Positions 47,161 to 57,109 of a stretch of 64,000 nucleotides of DNA are shown here, one piece after another; the stretch's first letter is position 1; every line of letters begins with the position of its first letter. The translations under genes and the position numbers were made by a program. The DNA is from an uncultured Gammaproteobacteria bacterium (GTDB taxonomy: Bacteria; Patescibacteriota; Microgenomatia; Woykebacterales; RBG-16-39-9b): assembly GCA_964367355.1 (NCBI GenBank), contig CAYIWY010000002.1, forward strand, positions 71,296 through 135,295, written 5' to 3'. The notes below the pieces were generated by a model that saw nothing but the letters and a program-made list of their open reading frames with translations, did not search any database and had not been told where the DNA came from.

Positions 47161-47717
47161 AAAACTCCTTTTAATTTTAAAAACTCTGCAATTTCTTGAT
47201 TTACTTCTGATTTTACCTTATCTGTCGAAATAACAATATTAGTAAGTTCTAAACACCCTTTTGTGTTCTGTCCCCATTCTGGCTCACCGTAACCCGCATC
47301 CCGTTTCTCCCCAACTTGAAACTCTTCCCAAGTTTTTGGATCGCGGGAAAGTTTGTTAACTCTTTGAAACCTAACTTCAACTGGCGCGTTTAAACCAATC
47401 AAATAAAAATTATCGCGTTTTTTAAACGGGTAAATTTCACCGGGATTGCGACAGCCTTCAATGACAATTTTTGACTCTTTTGGAAGTTTTGCAATTGTTT
47501 TTAAAATTCTCCGGCTGATGAAATCAACTTTTTTTGCACGCCACTCGTTGCCAATATCCTGGTAATTTTTGCGGCTAAATTCAAGATTTCTCTTTTTTAT
47601 TTCTTTTTCGATTTCCTCTGAAAAACGCAAATGGACAAAACCTTTTTTTACTAAAAACGCGGACGTTGTACTTTTTCCAGAACCTATAGGTCCAACTATT
47701 CCGACAACTATCTGCAT
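47157..47717 (-). CDS. P-loop NTPase (dephospho-CoA kinase / nucleoside kinase-like)
   Basis: Walker A IVGPIGSGKST at the N-terminus. 186 aa. 4-nt overlap with yqeY. Confidence 0.5.
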   Translation of the reverse strand: MQIVVGIVGPIGSGKSTTSAFLVKKGFVHLRFSEEIEKEIKKRNLEFSRKNYQDIGNEWRAKKVDFISRRILKTIAKLPKESKIVIEGCRNPGEIYPFKKRDNFYLIGLNAPVEVRFQRVNKLSRDPKTWEEFQVGEKRDAGYGEPEWGQNTKGCLELTNIVISTDKVKSEVNQEIAEFLKLKGVL

Positions 47718-47744
47718 ATTGTAATTCTAGTTAATAATAGACGG

Positions 47745-48341
47745 TTAGTAATCCACCCGACCTTCGATTGCACGGGAAAGTGTAGTTTCGTCAGCGTATT
47801 CGAGGTCGGCTCCAGTTGGCAATCCGCGGGCAATTCGGGAAACTTTGACTCCAAGTGGTGAGATTATTCTTTGGATATACATTGCGGTTGCCTCACCCTC
47901 AATGTTTGGATTGGTTGCGAGAATTACTTCTTTAACTTCTCCACTTTTTAATCTAGGTAAAAGTTCTTTAAGATAAATCTCATCCGGGCCAATGTTATCT
48001 AACGGCGCAATCGATCCGTGCAAAACGTGATACATACCCTTGAACGAGTGTGAACGTTCAATGGCGAGTGCATCAAGTGGCTCCTCGACAACCATTATTA
48101 TGCTGCGGTCGCGAATTTTACTACCACAAACTTCACATGGATCCTCCTCGGCCACATTGTAACAAGTACTACAAAGAACGGTTTTATCACGCAGCTCTGC
48201 AATCGCCGCCGCCAACTGCGCTGAAACTTCTTTCGGTGCATGAAGTAAATGATAGGTCAATCTTTGAGCACTCTTTGGCCCGACTCCAGGAAGTCTTTCA
48301 AATTCGCCTATAACGTTAGCGACACTTTTGGGGATTTGCAT
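47745..48341 (-). CDS. recR: Recombination protein RecR
   Basis: HhH (LPGVGPKSAQRL), C4 zinc finger (CSTCYNVAEEDPCEVCGS), Toprim domain. Start set at MQIPKSV; the ORF-track extension is unlikely. Confidence 0.9.
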   Translation of the reverse strand: MQIPKSVANVIGEFERLPGVGPKSAQRLTYHLLHAPKEVSAQLAAAIAELRDKTVLCSTCYNVAEEDPCEVCGSKIRDRSIIMVVEEPLDALAIERSHSFKGMYHVLHGSIAPLDNIGPDEIYLKELLPRLKSGEVKEVILATNPNIEGEATAMYIQRIISPLGVKVSRIARGLPTGADLEYADETTLSRAIEGRVDY

Positions 48342-48544
48342 TTTGTTTATTTTAACAGAAATTTCTAAGCTCGTCCTAACGAGCATTGCGTCTTGCGAAC
48401 TGAAACAAAGCGACCTAGCACAAATTGTTTTGTCTGACGAACAAAGTGAGGAGTTTAACAATTTTGCTTGAGCGACTTTCAGTAAGTAGCAAGCGCAGTT
48501 GACGAGTGTTTTGGTATCACCTTTTCGAAAAGGTGATAAAGATA

Positions 48545-48590
48545 ATCAAAAAAAGAAAGGCACCCAAAGTTAAATTTAACTTAGAGTGCC
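48545..48590 (-). terminator. Rho-independent terminator after the acyltransferase-like gene
   Basis: Reverse strand reads GGCACTCT-AAGTTAAATTTAACTT-tGGGTGCC then TTTCTTTTTTTG. Confidence 0.6.
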
Positions 48591-48606
48591 TGTTGTCTCC
48601 TTACTC

Positions 48607-49488
48607 TCAACTAATTTCCCGCACTTCCATGAAACCAACCCTCCACCATTGGAGAACATTGGCTTGGAGGTAATTACGGTATTCGCACAACACCGACAAG
48701 GTATTGTTCTCGACCGAACGTCCATAGGCCAGTGCGAAAGGCTCAACCGTAAGATACGTCTGCTTTCCATCCCACTTTGGAAAAGCTAGGAACAGTTCTG
48801 CTCCCGCTTGTTGGGCAATTTCGATTGCACCAACCCGGAAAGTTGCCTCTCCTCTGCCGATTACAAAATCAACTCCCTTGCCTTTTTTGGTGGTAATGTC
48901 CATCGCCAGAACAACGATTTTCCCTTCCGAAAGTTTCTGAAGGCAAACTTGCTTGGTCTCTCCCTTCTGCACCGGTGCAAATTCTATGTTACCATGGCGA
49001 GACCGCAGACCAGACATGAGTTTGAAAATAACCGGCGGTAGATTTTCGGCCGGAATAAAGGCTTCTAAATCCAAGGCTTTCAAGGCGGCTGTCAAACTAT
49101 TGATGTCACCAACGTGAGGAAACACCACGACGACTTTCTTTCCAGCCCGAACTGCGACAACGATAGATTCTCCACCAATGATCCGCTTTCGTATTTTCGG
49201 GAGGTTCACTCTTTCGGTTCCCAGTAAGGAGCTCCAAGAATAAACCAGGGTTTTGACATTGATCCATGCTGCCTCTTTCCGATTATTAACCAAACTTGGC
49301 TTAATGAGAAAAAGGTTGCGCTCGATTCGCTCTCTACGATTCTTCAAAATTCGAAACAAAACCTTGGCAATTGGCAGCAAGGCCCAGTAACGCAGCCGGT
49401 GCGGCAGCCAACCAACTCCGACGTAAACCAACCAGAACAGAAACCCGGCAACCACACCGGCTAACCAAAGTTTGGGCTTGCGAAACAT
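48607..49488 (-). CDS. Lysophospholipid/lipid A acyltransferase-like (LPLAT superfamily) membrane protein
   Basis: N-terminal TM, HtrB/LpxL-like length and layout. Assignment is by overall resemblance only. Confidence 0.45.
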   Translation of the reverse strand: MFRKPKLWLAGVVAGFLFWLVYVGVGWLPHRLRYWALLPIAKVLFRILKNRRERIERNLFLIKPSLVNNRKEAAWINVKTLVYSWSSLLGTERVNLPKIRKRIIGGESIVVAVRAGKKVVVVFPHVGDINSLTAALKALDLEAFIPAENLPPVIFKLMSGLRSRHGNIEFAPVQKGETKQVCLQKLSEGKIVVLAMDITTKKGKGVDFVIGRGEATFRVGAIEIAQQAGAELFLAFPKWDGKQTYLTVEPFALAYGRSVENNTLSVLCEYRNYLQANVLQWWRVGFMEVREIS

Positions 49489-49607
49489 CTCTCATCCTTT
49501 CTCCTAAATATTTGAATTTATTGGTATAAGTATACCACAAATTATCAACTATAGGTTTGTGAAAAAGGAAAACGCCCTGAAGAAATTTTACTTCAAGGCG
49601 CAAAGGT

Positions 49608-50459
49608 TTATTTGAGTCTAGCAACTGCCTCAGAAAACTGCGATTCAGCTAGTGCAGCTTCTTCGGGTGTAATTTCCAGGACTTCCTTTATGATGGGAAG
49701 CCACACGTCCCAAACAACATAGTTGACCCACTCCATACCGTTGGCTCTGTCTTCCTTGGCAAATCCCCAATCGAAATCTTCTGTCAAAGCAATGAGCTCT
49801 GACACAAGACTTGTAAGGTGTCTGTGAACCTCGAAACGAAGGTAACGGACGTTAACAATTTTAGCCAAACTCCGACTAATTATTGCTACCCGTTCCTTAG
49901 CATGACGATCCCCTTCAAGACCAAAACGCTCTAAGGACGCAACGGTCAATTCGTTGGCTTTATCGATTTGCCGTTGGATTTCGGATAAACCCGAACTTTG
50001 CGTTTGTGACATTGACTGCTCAAGAATTCTTAATGTTTCCGTTCGTACCCTGTCGAAACTAATGCCAAATGCTTCAAGTGCTCCCTTAGCCACACTATCT
50101 TCCGGTAAAGCCAACAGACCAAGCAAAATATGCTCGGTTCCAATGTAGTGGTGATTCAGAAGCTTTGCCATCTGCACAGAAAGTCGAATTACTTCCTTGC
50201 CGGCTGGTGTCAATCCAACTTCACCAAGAGTGGCACGTTCCCCACGTCCGATGATAAATTCGATAGCAGAACGTAACTTTTTGAGCTCAACTCCCAAATT
50301 CACCAAGACCTTCCCGGCGACACCCTCTTCTTCTCTCACCAAACCAAGCAGAAGATGCTCTGGACCAATCCCAATATGGTTCAACCTTTCTGCCTCAAGT
50401 TGAGCGAGAGTTAAGACCCGTCTTGCTCTTTCGGTAAACTTGTCAAACCGATCTGCCAT
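49608..50459 (-). CDS. Clp N-terminal (Clp_N repeat) domain protein without an ATPase module
   Basis: FTERARRVLTLAQLEAERLNHIGIGPEHLLLGLVREEEGVAGKVL and a second repeat (IGTEHILLGLL...). GC-richer. Confidence 0.65.
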   Translation of the reverse strand: MADRFDKFTERARRVLTLAQLEAERLNHIGIGPEHLLLGLVREEEGVAGKVLVNLGVELKKLRSAIEFIIGRGERATLGEVGLTPAGKEVIRLSVQMAKLLNHHYIGTEHILLGLLALPEDSVAKGALEAFGISFDRVRTETLRILEQSMSQTQSSGLSEIQRQIDKANELTVASLERFGLEGDRHAKERVAIISRSLAKIVNVRYLRFEVHRHLTSLVSELIALTEDFDWGFAKEDRANGMEWVNYVVWDVWLPIIKEVLEITPEEAALAESQFSEAVARLK

Positions 50460-50595
50460 TACTCTCCTCCTGAAAACAACAGTTTTTCCTTGTTGGAAAG
50501 GATAATACCACGCGAAGAGCGTAAAATCAAAAAAAGGAAAACGCCTCTGTTAATAACAAAGGCGTTAAATCCACCATGATCTTACCGTACGGTCT

Positions 50596-50874
50596 CTACA
50601 ATTCCTTCTGCTTCGCCCACTCCTTAAATTCAGTAAACCAACCACTGATCCAGATTGATACGATAATGGTTACCAAGGTGTCCACAATAACCAAACCGTA
50701 CCAAGTTGCATCTGGTACACGATCGAAACCTAGGTTATTTAGGCCCTTTAACGATCCCAACCAAAAGAGCCAAAACCAGATAAACAGCCAGGCGAGATAC
50801 CCAGCCATTGCGGTGATAAAACCCCAAAGCGTGACCTTCTGCCCAGTTGCAGCAATAATGGCTTTTGAATCCAC
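50596..50874 (-). CDS. Small Trp-rich membrane protein (92 aa)
   Basis: Complete ORF with three hydrophobic helices. Confidence 0.4.
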   Translation of the reverse strand: MDSKAIIAATGQKVTLWGFITAMAGYLAWLFIWFWLFWLGSLKGLNNLGFDRVPDATWYGLVIVDTLVTIIVSIWISGWFTEFKEWAKQKEL

Positions 50875-50938
50875 GGTACTCCCTCCAGAATAACTGAAAC
50901 TCTTTTCTTAATTTTTATTATACACCTTAAGGGTAATT

Positions 50939-51220
50939 TTAACCTTTGAGTAAATCGGAAAGGCCACCCATGCCACCCATCATACCCTGCATTTTTTTGG
51001 CAGCGATCTTTTGGGCTTCGTCGCTGGCTTTATTAATCGCATCACGAAGTTTGTCCCGATCAATATCGTCGGGAAATTCTAGATTTAGAATTTTCTGGGC
51101 GCCGTTAATCTTTACTTTCACATCTCCATGTTCTACTTCAAGTACTTCGGCTTCCAGCTCTTTTTTCATCTGGTCAGCTTGTTTTTTTAATTCATACATC
51201 TGCTTCATTTTGTCAAACAT
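50939..51220 (-). CDS. ybaB: Nucleoid-associated protein YbaB/EbfC
   Basis: MFDKMKQMYELKKQADQMKKELEAEVLEVEHGDVKVKINGAQKILNLEF...MMGGMGGL. Confidence 0.9.
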   Translation of the reverse strand: MFDKMKQMYELKKQADQMKKELEAEVLEVEHGDVKVKINGAQKILNLEFPDDIDRDKLRDAINKASDEAQKIAAKKMQGMMGGMGGLSDLLKG

Positions 51221-51287
51221 TTTTTCCTTCCGAGGAAAAATTAATTTCCTACGTTCTAATTATTAATTTTGAATTATCAATTATAAC

Positions 51288-52871
51288 TTAGACCAACTTT
51301 CCAAAAATCTCGACTGGATCAACTTCTTCAATCTGTTCTTCTGTTTCGCGAACGGTTTTTGGTCGGTTTTCAGCAACTTTACCTTTTATTCTAACAGGCC
51401 TGCCAAGTACTTCCGACAAAACAGTAGCGATAATAGTATTATTTTTCGATTCCTCAAGCCTGTCTTTATGAAACACGTAACCTACCTCGAGAGTTATCAA
51501 ATCTTCCTCAATTTCGCTTGGGATTGCTCCTCGCAAAAATATCTCCAGGGAATTGTTGTGTGGTTTAACTTTTTTCAAAACCTCCGTCCAGTTTTTTTGA
51601 ATTTCGTCTATTGTGATCTCGGGGCTTTTGGACTTTTTAACTTTTTTTTCTTTAACTATTTCTGTTTCAATTGAAACTGAAACTTCAGGTTCATTTTTAA
51701 TCTTTTCTTCGTTTGAATTTTGAATATTAACTTTGGACTGTGTTTTTTCTTCCGATTCTAAGCTTGAAACGCGCAACTCTTCGCTCACTTGAAATTCACA
51801 AGCCTCGACAATAGCCAATTCGATCGGTAGGCTTGGTATCGGACTATTCTGCATTTCCGAAACCGCAGTTGTAAACAAAGAAAGCCAACTTGAAAGTTTT
51901 TCGTGATTAATTTGACTACTAAAAGTGGACAGTTTGGTAAAGTTTTCAGGTGCAAGACTGGATTCTTTTTCGCTCAAAGCTCCAACTTTTAAAAGCAAGA
52001 CTTCGCGCAGTAACTCGATAAAATTTTCTAAAAATACCTTCGGGTGACCACCTTTTTCCAAATAATTACTAAACCAAAAAATAGCCTCTTTGGTTTTTTT
52101 CAACAAAAGAAGATCCAGTAGTGACAAGAGATCTTCACTCTTACCGTAACCTAAGATTTTCGCAACTTCGCTATCCTTTGGACTAGCGTTGGCCGAAACT
52201 ACTTTTTCCAAAAGTACTTCAGCATCACGATAACTACCTTCGGCCAGTTTAGAAATTAACGACAAGCTTTCATCGGAAATTTTTGCGTTTTCTTTTTTTA
52301 CTACCCGCTTAAGTTTTTCTTCAATCTGCCCTCTGGCGGCCTTTCCAAAATCAAATTTTTGCACTCGGCTAAGAATAGTTGCTGGAATTTTGTGAGCTTC
52401 GGTTGTCGCCAAAATAAAAACCGCATGAGCTGGGGGTTCTTCCAAAGTTTTGAGTAATGCGTTGAAAGCTTCGCTGGTGAGCTGATGAGCCTCGTCGATA
52501 ATATAAACTTTGAATTTTCCGGCCATTGGGGCAAGATTTATTTTTTCTCGCAGGTCACGAATCTCATCTATCCCACGATTGCTGGCAGCATCAATTTCGA
52601 TCACGTCAAGGTAACGACCATCGGCAATTGCTAGACAGTTTTCACACTTGTTGCAAGGCTCACCAAATTTAGCAGCCGTATTATTTTTGCAATTGATGGC
52701 TTTGGCAAAAATCCTGGCAGTCGATGTTTTCCCCGTTCCGCGTGGGCCGGAAAAAAGATAAGCATGGGCAATTTTGCCACTTTCAAGCTGATGGAGCAGT
52801 GTTTCGCTGATGTGGCTTTGGCCAACTATTTCAGCAAAAGTTTGGGGGCGATGCTTGCGGTATAAATTCAT
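51288..52871 (-). CDS. dnaX: DNA polymerase III subunit gamma/tau
   Basis: GPRGTGKTSTARIFAKAINC, zinc module CNKCENC, DEAH-type box IIDEAHQL. Confidence 0.9.
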   Translation of the reverse strand: MNLYRKHRPQTFAEIVGQSHISETLLHQLESGKIAHAYLFSGPRGTGKTSTARIFAKAINCKNNTAAKFGEPCNKCENCLAIADGRYLDVIEIDAASNRGIDEIRDLREKINLAPMAGKFKVYIIDEAHQLTSEAFNALLKTLEEPPAHAVFILATTEAHKIPATILSRVQKFDFGKAARGQIEEKLKRVVKKENAKISDESLSLISKLAEGSYRDAEVLLEKVVSANASPKDSEVAKILGYGKSEDLLSLLDLLLLKKTKEAIFWFSNYLEKGGHPKVFLENFIELLREVLLLKVGALSEKESSLAPENFTKLSTFSSQINHEKLSSWLSLFTTAVSEMQNSPIPSLPIELAIVEACEFQVSEELRVSSLESEEKTQSKVNIQNSNEEKIKNEPEVSVSIETEIVKEKKVKKSKSPEITIDEIQKNWTEVLKKVKPHNNSLEIFLRGAIPSEIEEDLITLEVGYVFHKDRLEESKNNTIIATVLSEVLGRPVRIKGKVAENRPKTVRETEEQIEEVDPVEIFGKLV

Positions 52872-52966
52872 GTCAAAGTGTATTTTAAACTCCTAGAGGT
52901 CTTGAGACAAGCAGCCGAAACTATATCAACTTGATTATTTTTTGGAAATTATCAATACTTTATATA

Positions 52967-53350
52967 ATGGTTACTGCTGAAGATGCCTTTGCCCGCAAGT
53001 TAAACAACGTCGCCCTGACGGCTATCGGCAAAGTAATAAATATCCTGCCGGACGATACTGACTCTACCCCCCACCAAAAATTTGTTATTGAAATCCATTC
53101 CGGACACACAATATTAGTAGCGAATAGTTTATTGAGAGCATATCGGGTCCCAATAAAAATTGGCGACCGAGTTGAGATTCATGGAACTTATGTTTGGAAT
53201 CATTACGGTGGACTGTTGCACAATACCCACCATTTCAACGACAACGAGTGTGTTGGTAATTATTGTGAACACCACGAAGATGGTTATATCAATTTCGTCG
53301 GCATCCACAAAAACCCGCACATCGAATACGGCCTCCCCAAACAAAGTTAA
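52967..53350 (+). CDS. DUF3465-like protein
   Basis: GKVINILPDDTDSTPHQKFVIEIHSGHTILVANSL...GDRVEIHGTYVWNHYGGLLHNTHH pattern. Start at MVTAEDAF preferred. Confidence 0.5.
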   Translation: MVTAEDAFARKLNNVALTAIGKVINILPDDTDSTPHQKFVIEIHSGHTILVANSLLRAYRVPIKIGDRVEIHGTYVWNHYGGLLHNTHHFNDNECVGNYCEHHEDGYINFVGIHKNPHIEYGLPKQS

Positions 53351-53419
53351 AAGGAAAAAGAAGAGCCAAGATTAAACGCTAAGCGTCTACTCTAGGCTCG
53401 ATCTCTCTAGTTCATCCGT

Positions 53420-53929
53420 TTATCTCCCCGTTAAAAAGGCACCCGGCATAATTTCCTTAAGCAGATCCTCTCCGCGCTCGGTCAACAAGCGGAAGAAATT
53501 TGGATCTACCTGGTAGAGTGCTATCAGCAAGCACTCCCGACAGGCGGCTTGGGGAAAACCTAGTCCTTGCCATACTCCAAATTTCGGTCCAGAGTGGTGT
53601 TTGTCGTGAAAGATGAGCACCCAATCAAGAGCCTCTGGATCGTGCCGTAGCATAACACACAACAAGCACTTCGGGCAGAAGGTTACCTCTTCTTCGCTGT
53701 CGAATTCGATTGAGACAGTCTTGCACTTTCCATCGTGCCAAGTCTCTTTGAGCGTCCATTCAAATTCCTCGGCATACTCATCTTTGATGAGCTCCCGAAG
53801 ACAGGTCCGGCAAGCCCGAACTTTGTCATCGAGAAAAATGCACTCGTTAGGGCTCACTCCGTTACAGTGCTGTGCAATTTGTAAAGTGCACCAATCCGAA
53901 CCTACCGAAATCTCTGTCGTCTCTCCCAT
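53420..53929 (-). CDS. Cys-rich hypothetical protein (169 aa), paralog of 53972..54310
   Basis: ISVGSDWCTLQIAQHCNG...RACRTCLRELIKDEY...FCPKCLLC is shared with the neighbour (ISVGNDWCSLRLHKDCRG...RICRPCLYELSKQEF). GC-richer. Confidence 0.5.
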   Translation of the reverse strand: MGETTEISVGSDWCTLQIAQHCNGVSPNECIFLDDKVRACRTCLRELIKDEYAEEFEWTLKETWHDGKCKTVSIEFDSEEEVTFCPKCLLCVMLRHDPEALDWVLIFHDKHHSGPKFGVWQGLGFPQAACRECLLIALYQVDPNFFRLLTERGEDLLKEIMPGAFLTGR

Positions 53930-53971
53930 GATCCCTCCTGAACTAACTTCCTGCCGCTAGGAGTCAATCTT

Positions 53972-54310
53972 TTACTCTGCGGATTCTCTTTCTACCTGCC
54001 GTCGCGTCATGTAGATGGCATCAACCCTGGTTAAGCCACCACACTTGAAGCATTGCAAAGAGTTTCCGTCGCAATTCCCTGTTCGGTGGCAAGGGCAGTT
54101 GCATTCTCCACTCATCCCGTAATCTTCGGGAAACTCTTGCTTGCTTAATTCGTACAAACAAGGTCGGCAGATCCGAATCCTCTCAGCAAGAAGAAGACAG
54201 AGGCTTGAGAGACTGAACCTTCCCCGACAATCTTTATGGAGCCGTAAACTGCACCAATCGTTACCCACTGAGATCCTCATCGTCTCTTCCATGCGCTCCT
54301 TTCCGGCCAA
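53972..54310 (-). CDS. Cys-rich hypothetical protein (112 aa)
   Basis: See 53420..53929. Additional CNCPCHRTGNCDGNSLQCFKCGG cluster. Confidence 0.5.
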   Translation of the reverse strand: MAGKERMEETMRISVGNDWCSLRLHKDCRGRFSLSSLCLLLAERIRICRPCLYELSKQEFPEDYGMSGECNCPCHRTGNCDGNSLQCFKCGGLTRVDAIYMTRRQVERESAE

Positions 54311-54467
54311 TTTTGGCCAAAAAATACCCCCGAGCGGGGGTTTCAGCCTAAATATTTATCTTTGATTGGCGGTCTCATTCTGAGATTTAATTTTAACTAA
54401 ACCCAACAAAACTGTCAATATCATAAGCAAAATTAAAGCCTCGTGAAAATTCACAAGGCTTTAGAAT

Positions 54468-54965
54468 CTAGACGACTCCTTTACGGAACCTTTCTTCTCG
54501 CATTTTTGCACCCAACTTATTCAGTTGGGTTAATAAATCTCCTAGTTCTCTTGAGTGAACGAACAACCCATCCCGTTCCCCTGATAGGACTAACTTTTTG
54601 ATTTCGGCCCATTGAAGCAAAGCTTTTGTTCGCAGATCGAAACACTTATTCTCAAATTCTTTTCCGAACCCAAGATCAGCACTGGCTGGATAATGGTTCA
54701 GCTCATGAAATAGACCAATTAGATGTCTGTCAATACCTTCGTGCCAAACCCTATTGCCGAAAGTTCTCTGATCACGGATGTAAGAGTCGAGTGAAGCATA
54801 CTCATCCCAAACTCCGCACAACCAACGCCAAAATTCCTCATGGCATTCCGTAGCAATCAGCTTTTTACCTTCCCTACCGATTCGCTTGAGAATCAGAACC
54901 AGAAAACTCACACTGAAAACTGAAAGGACCAGTTTCTTCTTCACACCTTCCTCCTCTTTCTTCAA
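54468..54965 (-). CDS. Hypothetical membrane-anchored protein (165 aa)
   Basis: N-terminal TM. Intrinsic terminator directly after its stop (AGCCTTGTGAAnTTTTCACGAGGCT + U-run). Confidence 0.45.
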   Translation of the reverse strand: MKKEEEGVKKKLVLSVFSVSFLVLILKRIGREGKKLIATECHEEFWRWLCGVWDEYASLDSYIRDQRTFGNRVWHEGIDRHLIGLFHELNHYPASADLGFGKEFENKCFDLRTKALLQWAEIKKLVLSGERDGLFVHSRELGDLLTQLNKLGAKMREERFRKGVV

Positions 54966-55073
54966 CTGAACTTGATAACTTATAGCACTTTTGCGATTTT
55001 AATTCAAGAAAACTTTACAAAGTATGTGACAAGGACGGGCCTTGCAGGCTAAAAATGAAAAAAATGCTTGACT

Positions 55074-56747
55074 TTATTTCAATTGTTCAACAGCTTGGGT
55101 TAGGAGTTGGACGTACAGTTCGAAACCAACCAAAGAAATATTTCCGCTCTGAGCTGAACCAAGTAAATTTCCGGCGCCGCGAATTTCCAGATCTTGGTTG
55201 GCGATTTTAAAACCACTACCAAGTTCTTTAGCTTGTGAAATTGCAAGCAGTCGCATGGCAGCAGCGCCTTCGGGTTTATAATTTTTTGGATAGAAAAGAT
55301 AGGCAAATGCTTCCCGCGCACCCCGACCAACGCGACCACGCAATTGGTAAAGATCAGCTAGACCAAATTTGTGGGAATTTTCGACAATGATTGTATTTAC
55401 ATTGGGAATATCTAGTCCCGAGCCAATAATTGATGTACAAACCAAAACATCGATCTTACCGTCAAAAAACAGGTCCATGACTTTTTCAATTTTGTTTTCA
55501 TGCAGTTGACCGTGCGCATACGCAACTCTTGCACTCGGAATTAACCCCTGAATTTGTTTAGTTTTGGCCTGGATTGTCGCAACTCGATTGGAAAGATAAA
55601 AAACCTGGCCGGAACGAGCAAGTTCTTTTTCAATTGCTGTCTTGACCTCTTCAAGATTGTATTCTTCGACTTTTGTTTCGATCGGCAGTCGTCCAAACGG
55701 AGGCGTTGCAAGAAGCGAAATGTCGCGAATTTTGGTCAAACTCATATGTAAAGTCCGCGGAATTGGCGTCGCTGATAAACTTAAAACATCTAGTTCGGTT
55801 CTGAGTTTTTTTAATTTTTCCTTCTGAATTACCCCAAAACGATGCTCTTCATCAACAATCAATAAACCAAGGTTTTTGAATTTAATATCTTTTGAAAGAA
55901 TTCTGTGTGTTCCAATAATGATATCAATTGAACCGTTTTCCAAATTATTAATAGTCTTTTTTTGTTCAACATCCTCAACAAAACATGACAAGTGCGCGAC
56001 TTTTAGCGGAAAATCTTCCAGGCGTTCTTTAAATAAATGGTAATGTTGCTCAGCTAAAATTGTCGTCGGTACCAAAACGGCGACTTGAAAACCACTGGCA
56101 GCAACTTTAAAAGCACCGCGGATAGCTACTTCAGTTTTCCCAAAACCAACGTCCCCCACCAGAAGCCGGTCCATTGGCCGAGTTCCTTCCAAATCTTTTT
56201 TAATTTCATTGATCGCTTGGATTTGGTCAGAAGTTTCGTGATACTCAAAACTATCCTCGAGATGTTTTTGCCAAGCGCTATCGTGTTGGTAAGGTTTTCG
56301 TTTAACAAATTCACGACGGGCATAAACTTCCAAAAGTTCTTTGGCAACTTCGATCACCGAATCTTTTACTCTCTGTTTAATTCTTTCCCAACTGGCCGTA
56401 CCGAGTGAACTAAGAGCTGGTTTTTTGGCTGACCCACCGATATATTTGGTCAGTCGCTCGATTTGATTAACCGGCACAAACATTCGGTCACCCCGGGCAT
56501 ATTCGACAATTAAATTTTCTGTTTTTTGTCCATTGCTGAGTCGAGTTTCAAAACCAATAAATTTACCAATTCCATTATCGATATGGACAACATAATCGCC
56601 AATTTTTATTTCCGAAAGGAAAATTTTCTCGTATTCTCTATCCCCTTGTTTTTTCCAAACTTTGTCCAAATCTGGCAAAGACTTAAAAGGAATAATGATC
56701 AGTTCTTTTAACTCCCGAACTTTTTCGTTGGTGAGAGGGTTAAACAA
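55074..56747 (-). CDS. mfd: Transcription-repair coupling factor Mfd, short form (CarD/TRCF domain + SF2 helicase)
   Basis: CarD_TRCF-like KIGDYVVHIDNGIGKF...VPVNQIERLTKY. Helicase motifs GDVGFGKTEVA, DEEH, QLRGRVGRG. Lacks the N-terminal UvrB-homology and C-terminal D7 regions. Confidence 0.8.
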   Translation of the reverse strand: MFNPLTNEKVRELKELIIIPFKSLPDLDKVWKKQGDREYEKIFLSEIKIGDYVVHIDNGIGKFIGFETRLSNGQKTENLIVEYARGDRMFVPVNQIERLTKYIGGSAKKPALSSLGTASWERIKQRVKDSVIEVAKELLEVYARREFVKRKPYQHDSAWQKHLEDSFEYHETSDQIQAINEIKKDLEGTRPMDRLLVGDVGFGKTEVAIRGAFKVAASGFQVAVLVPTTILAEQHYHLFKERLEDFPLKVAHLSCFVEDVEQKKTINNLENGSIDIIIGTHRILSKDIKFKNLGLLIVDEEHRFGVIQKEKLKKLRTELDVLSLSATPIPRTLHMSLTKIRDISLLATPPFGRLPIETKVEEYNLEEVKTAIEKELARSGQVFYLSNRVATIQAKTKQIQGLIPSARVAYAHGQLHENKIEKVMDLFFDGKIDVLVCTSIIGSGLDIPNVNTIIVENSHKFGLADLYQLRGRVGRGAREAFAYLFYPKNYKPEGAAAMRLLAISQAKELGSGFKIANQDLEIRGAGNLLGSAQSGNISLVGFELYVQLLTQAVEQLK

Positions 56748-57109
56748 ATATATTCCTTCAAGTTTGTTGCCGATGAGATCAAGTCTAATTGGAATTTTGT
56801 AACGCTCCAGCCAAATGTCGAGCAGACCGCCGCGAAAAGAAAATTGTCCTTCCTCAACAACTTGAGACCTGCCAACATTTTCGTATTTGTAACTTGTGAG
56901 TTTTTCAGCAATCTCCGAATACTTTATTTCTTGTTTTTGGACAATACGAAAGCTCTCCCACTGCAGATTTGATGGGGTGGGGGTAAGATCTGAACGTGTT
57001 TTATTGACTACTCTAACAGTTGCCTCCTTTCGGTGGGAACAATTATATATCTAATTTATAAAGTTTTGCATTTTGAGCAAAGAAAAGAATATAATTAAGC
57101 CACCTGCCA

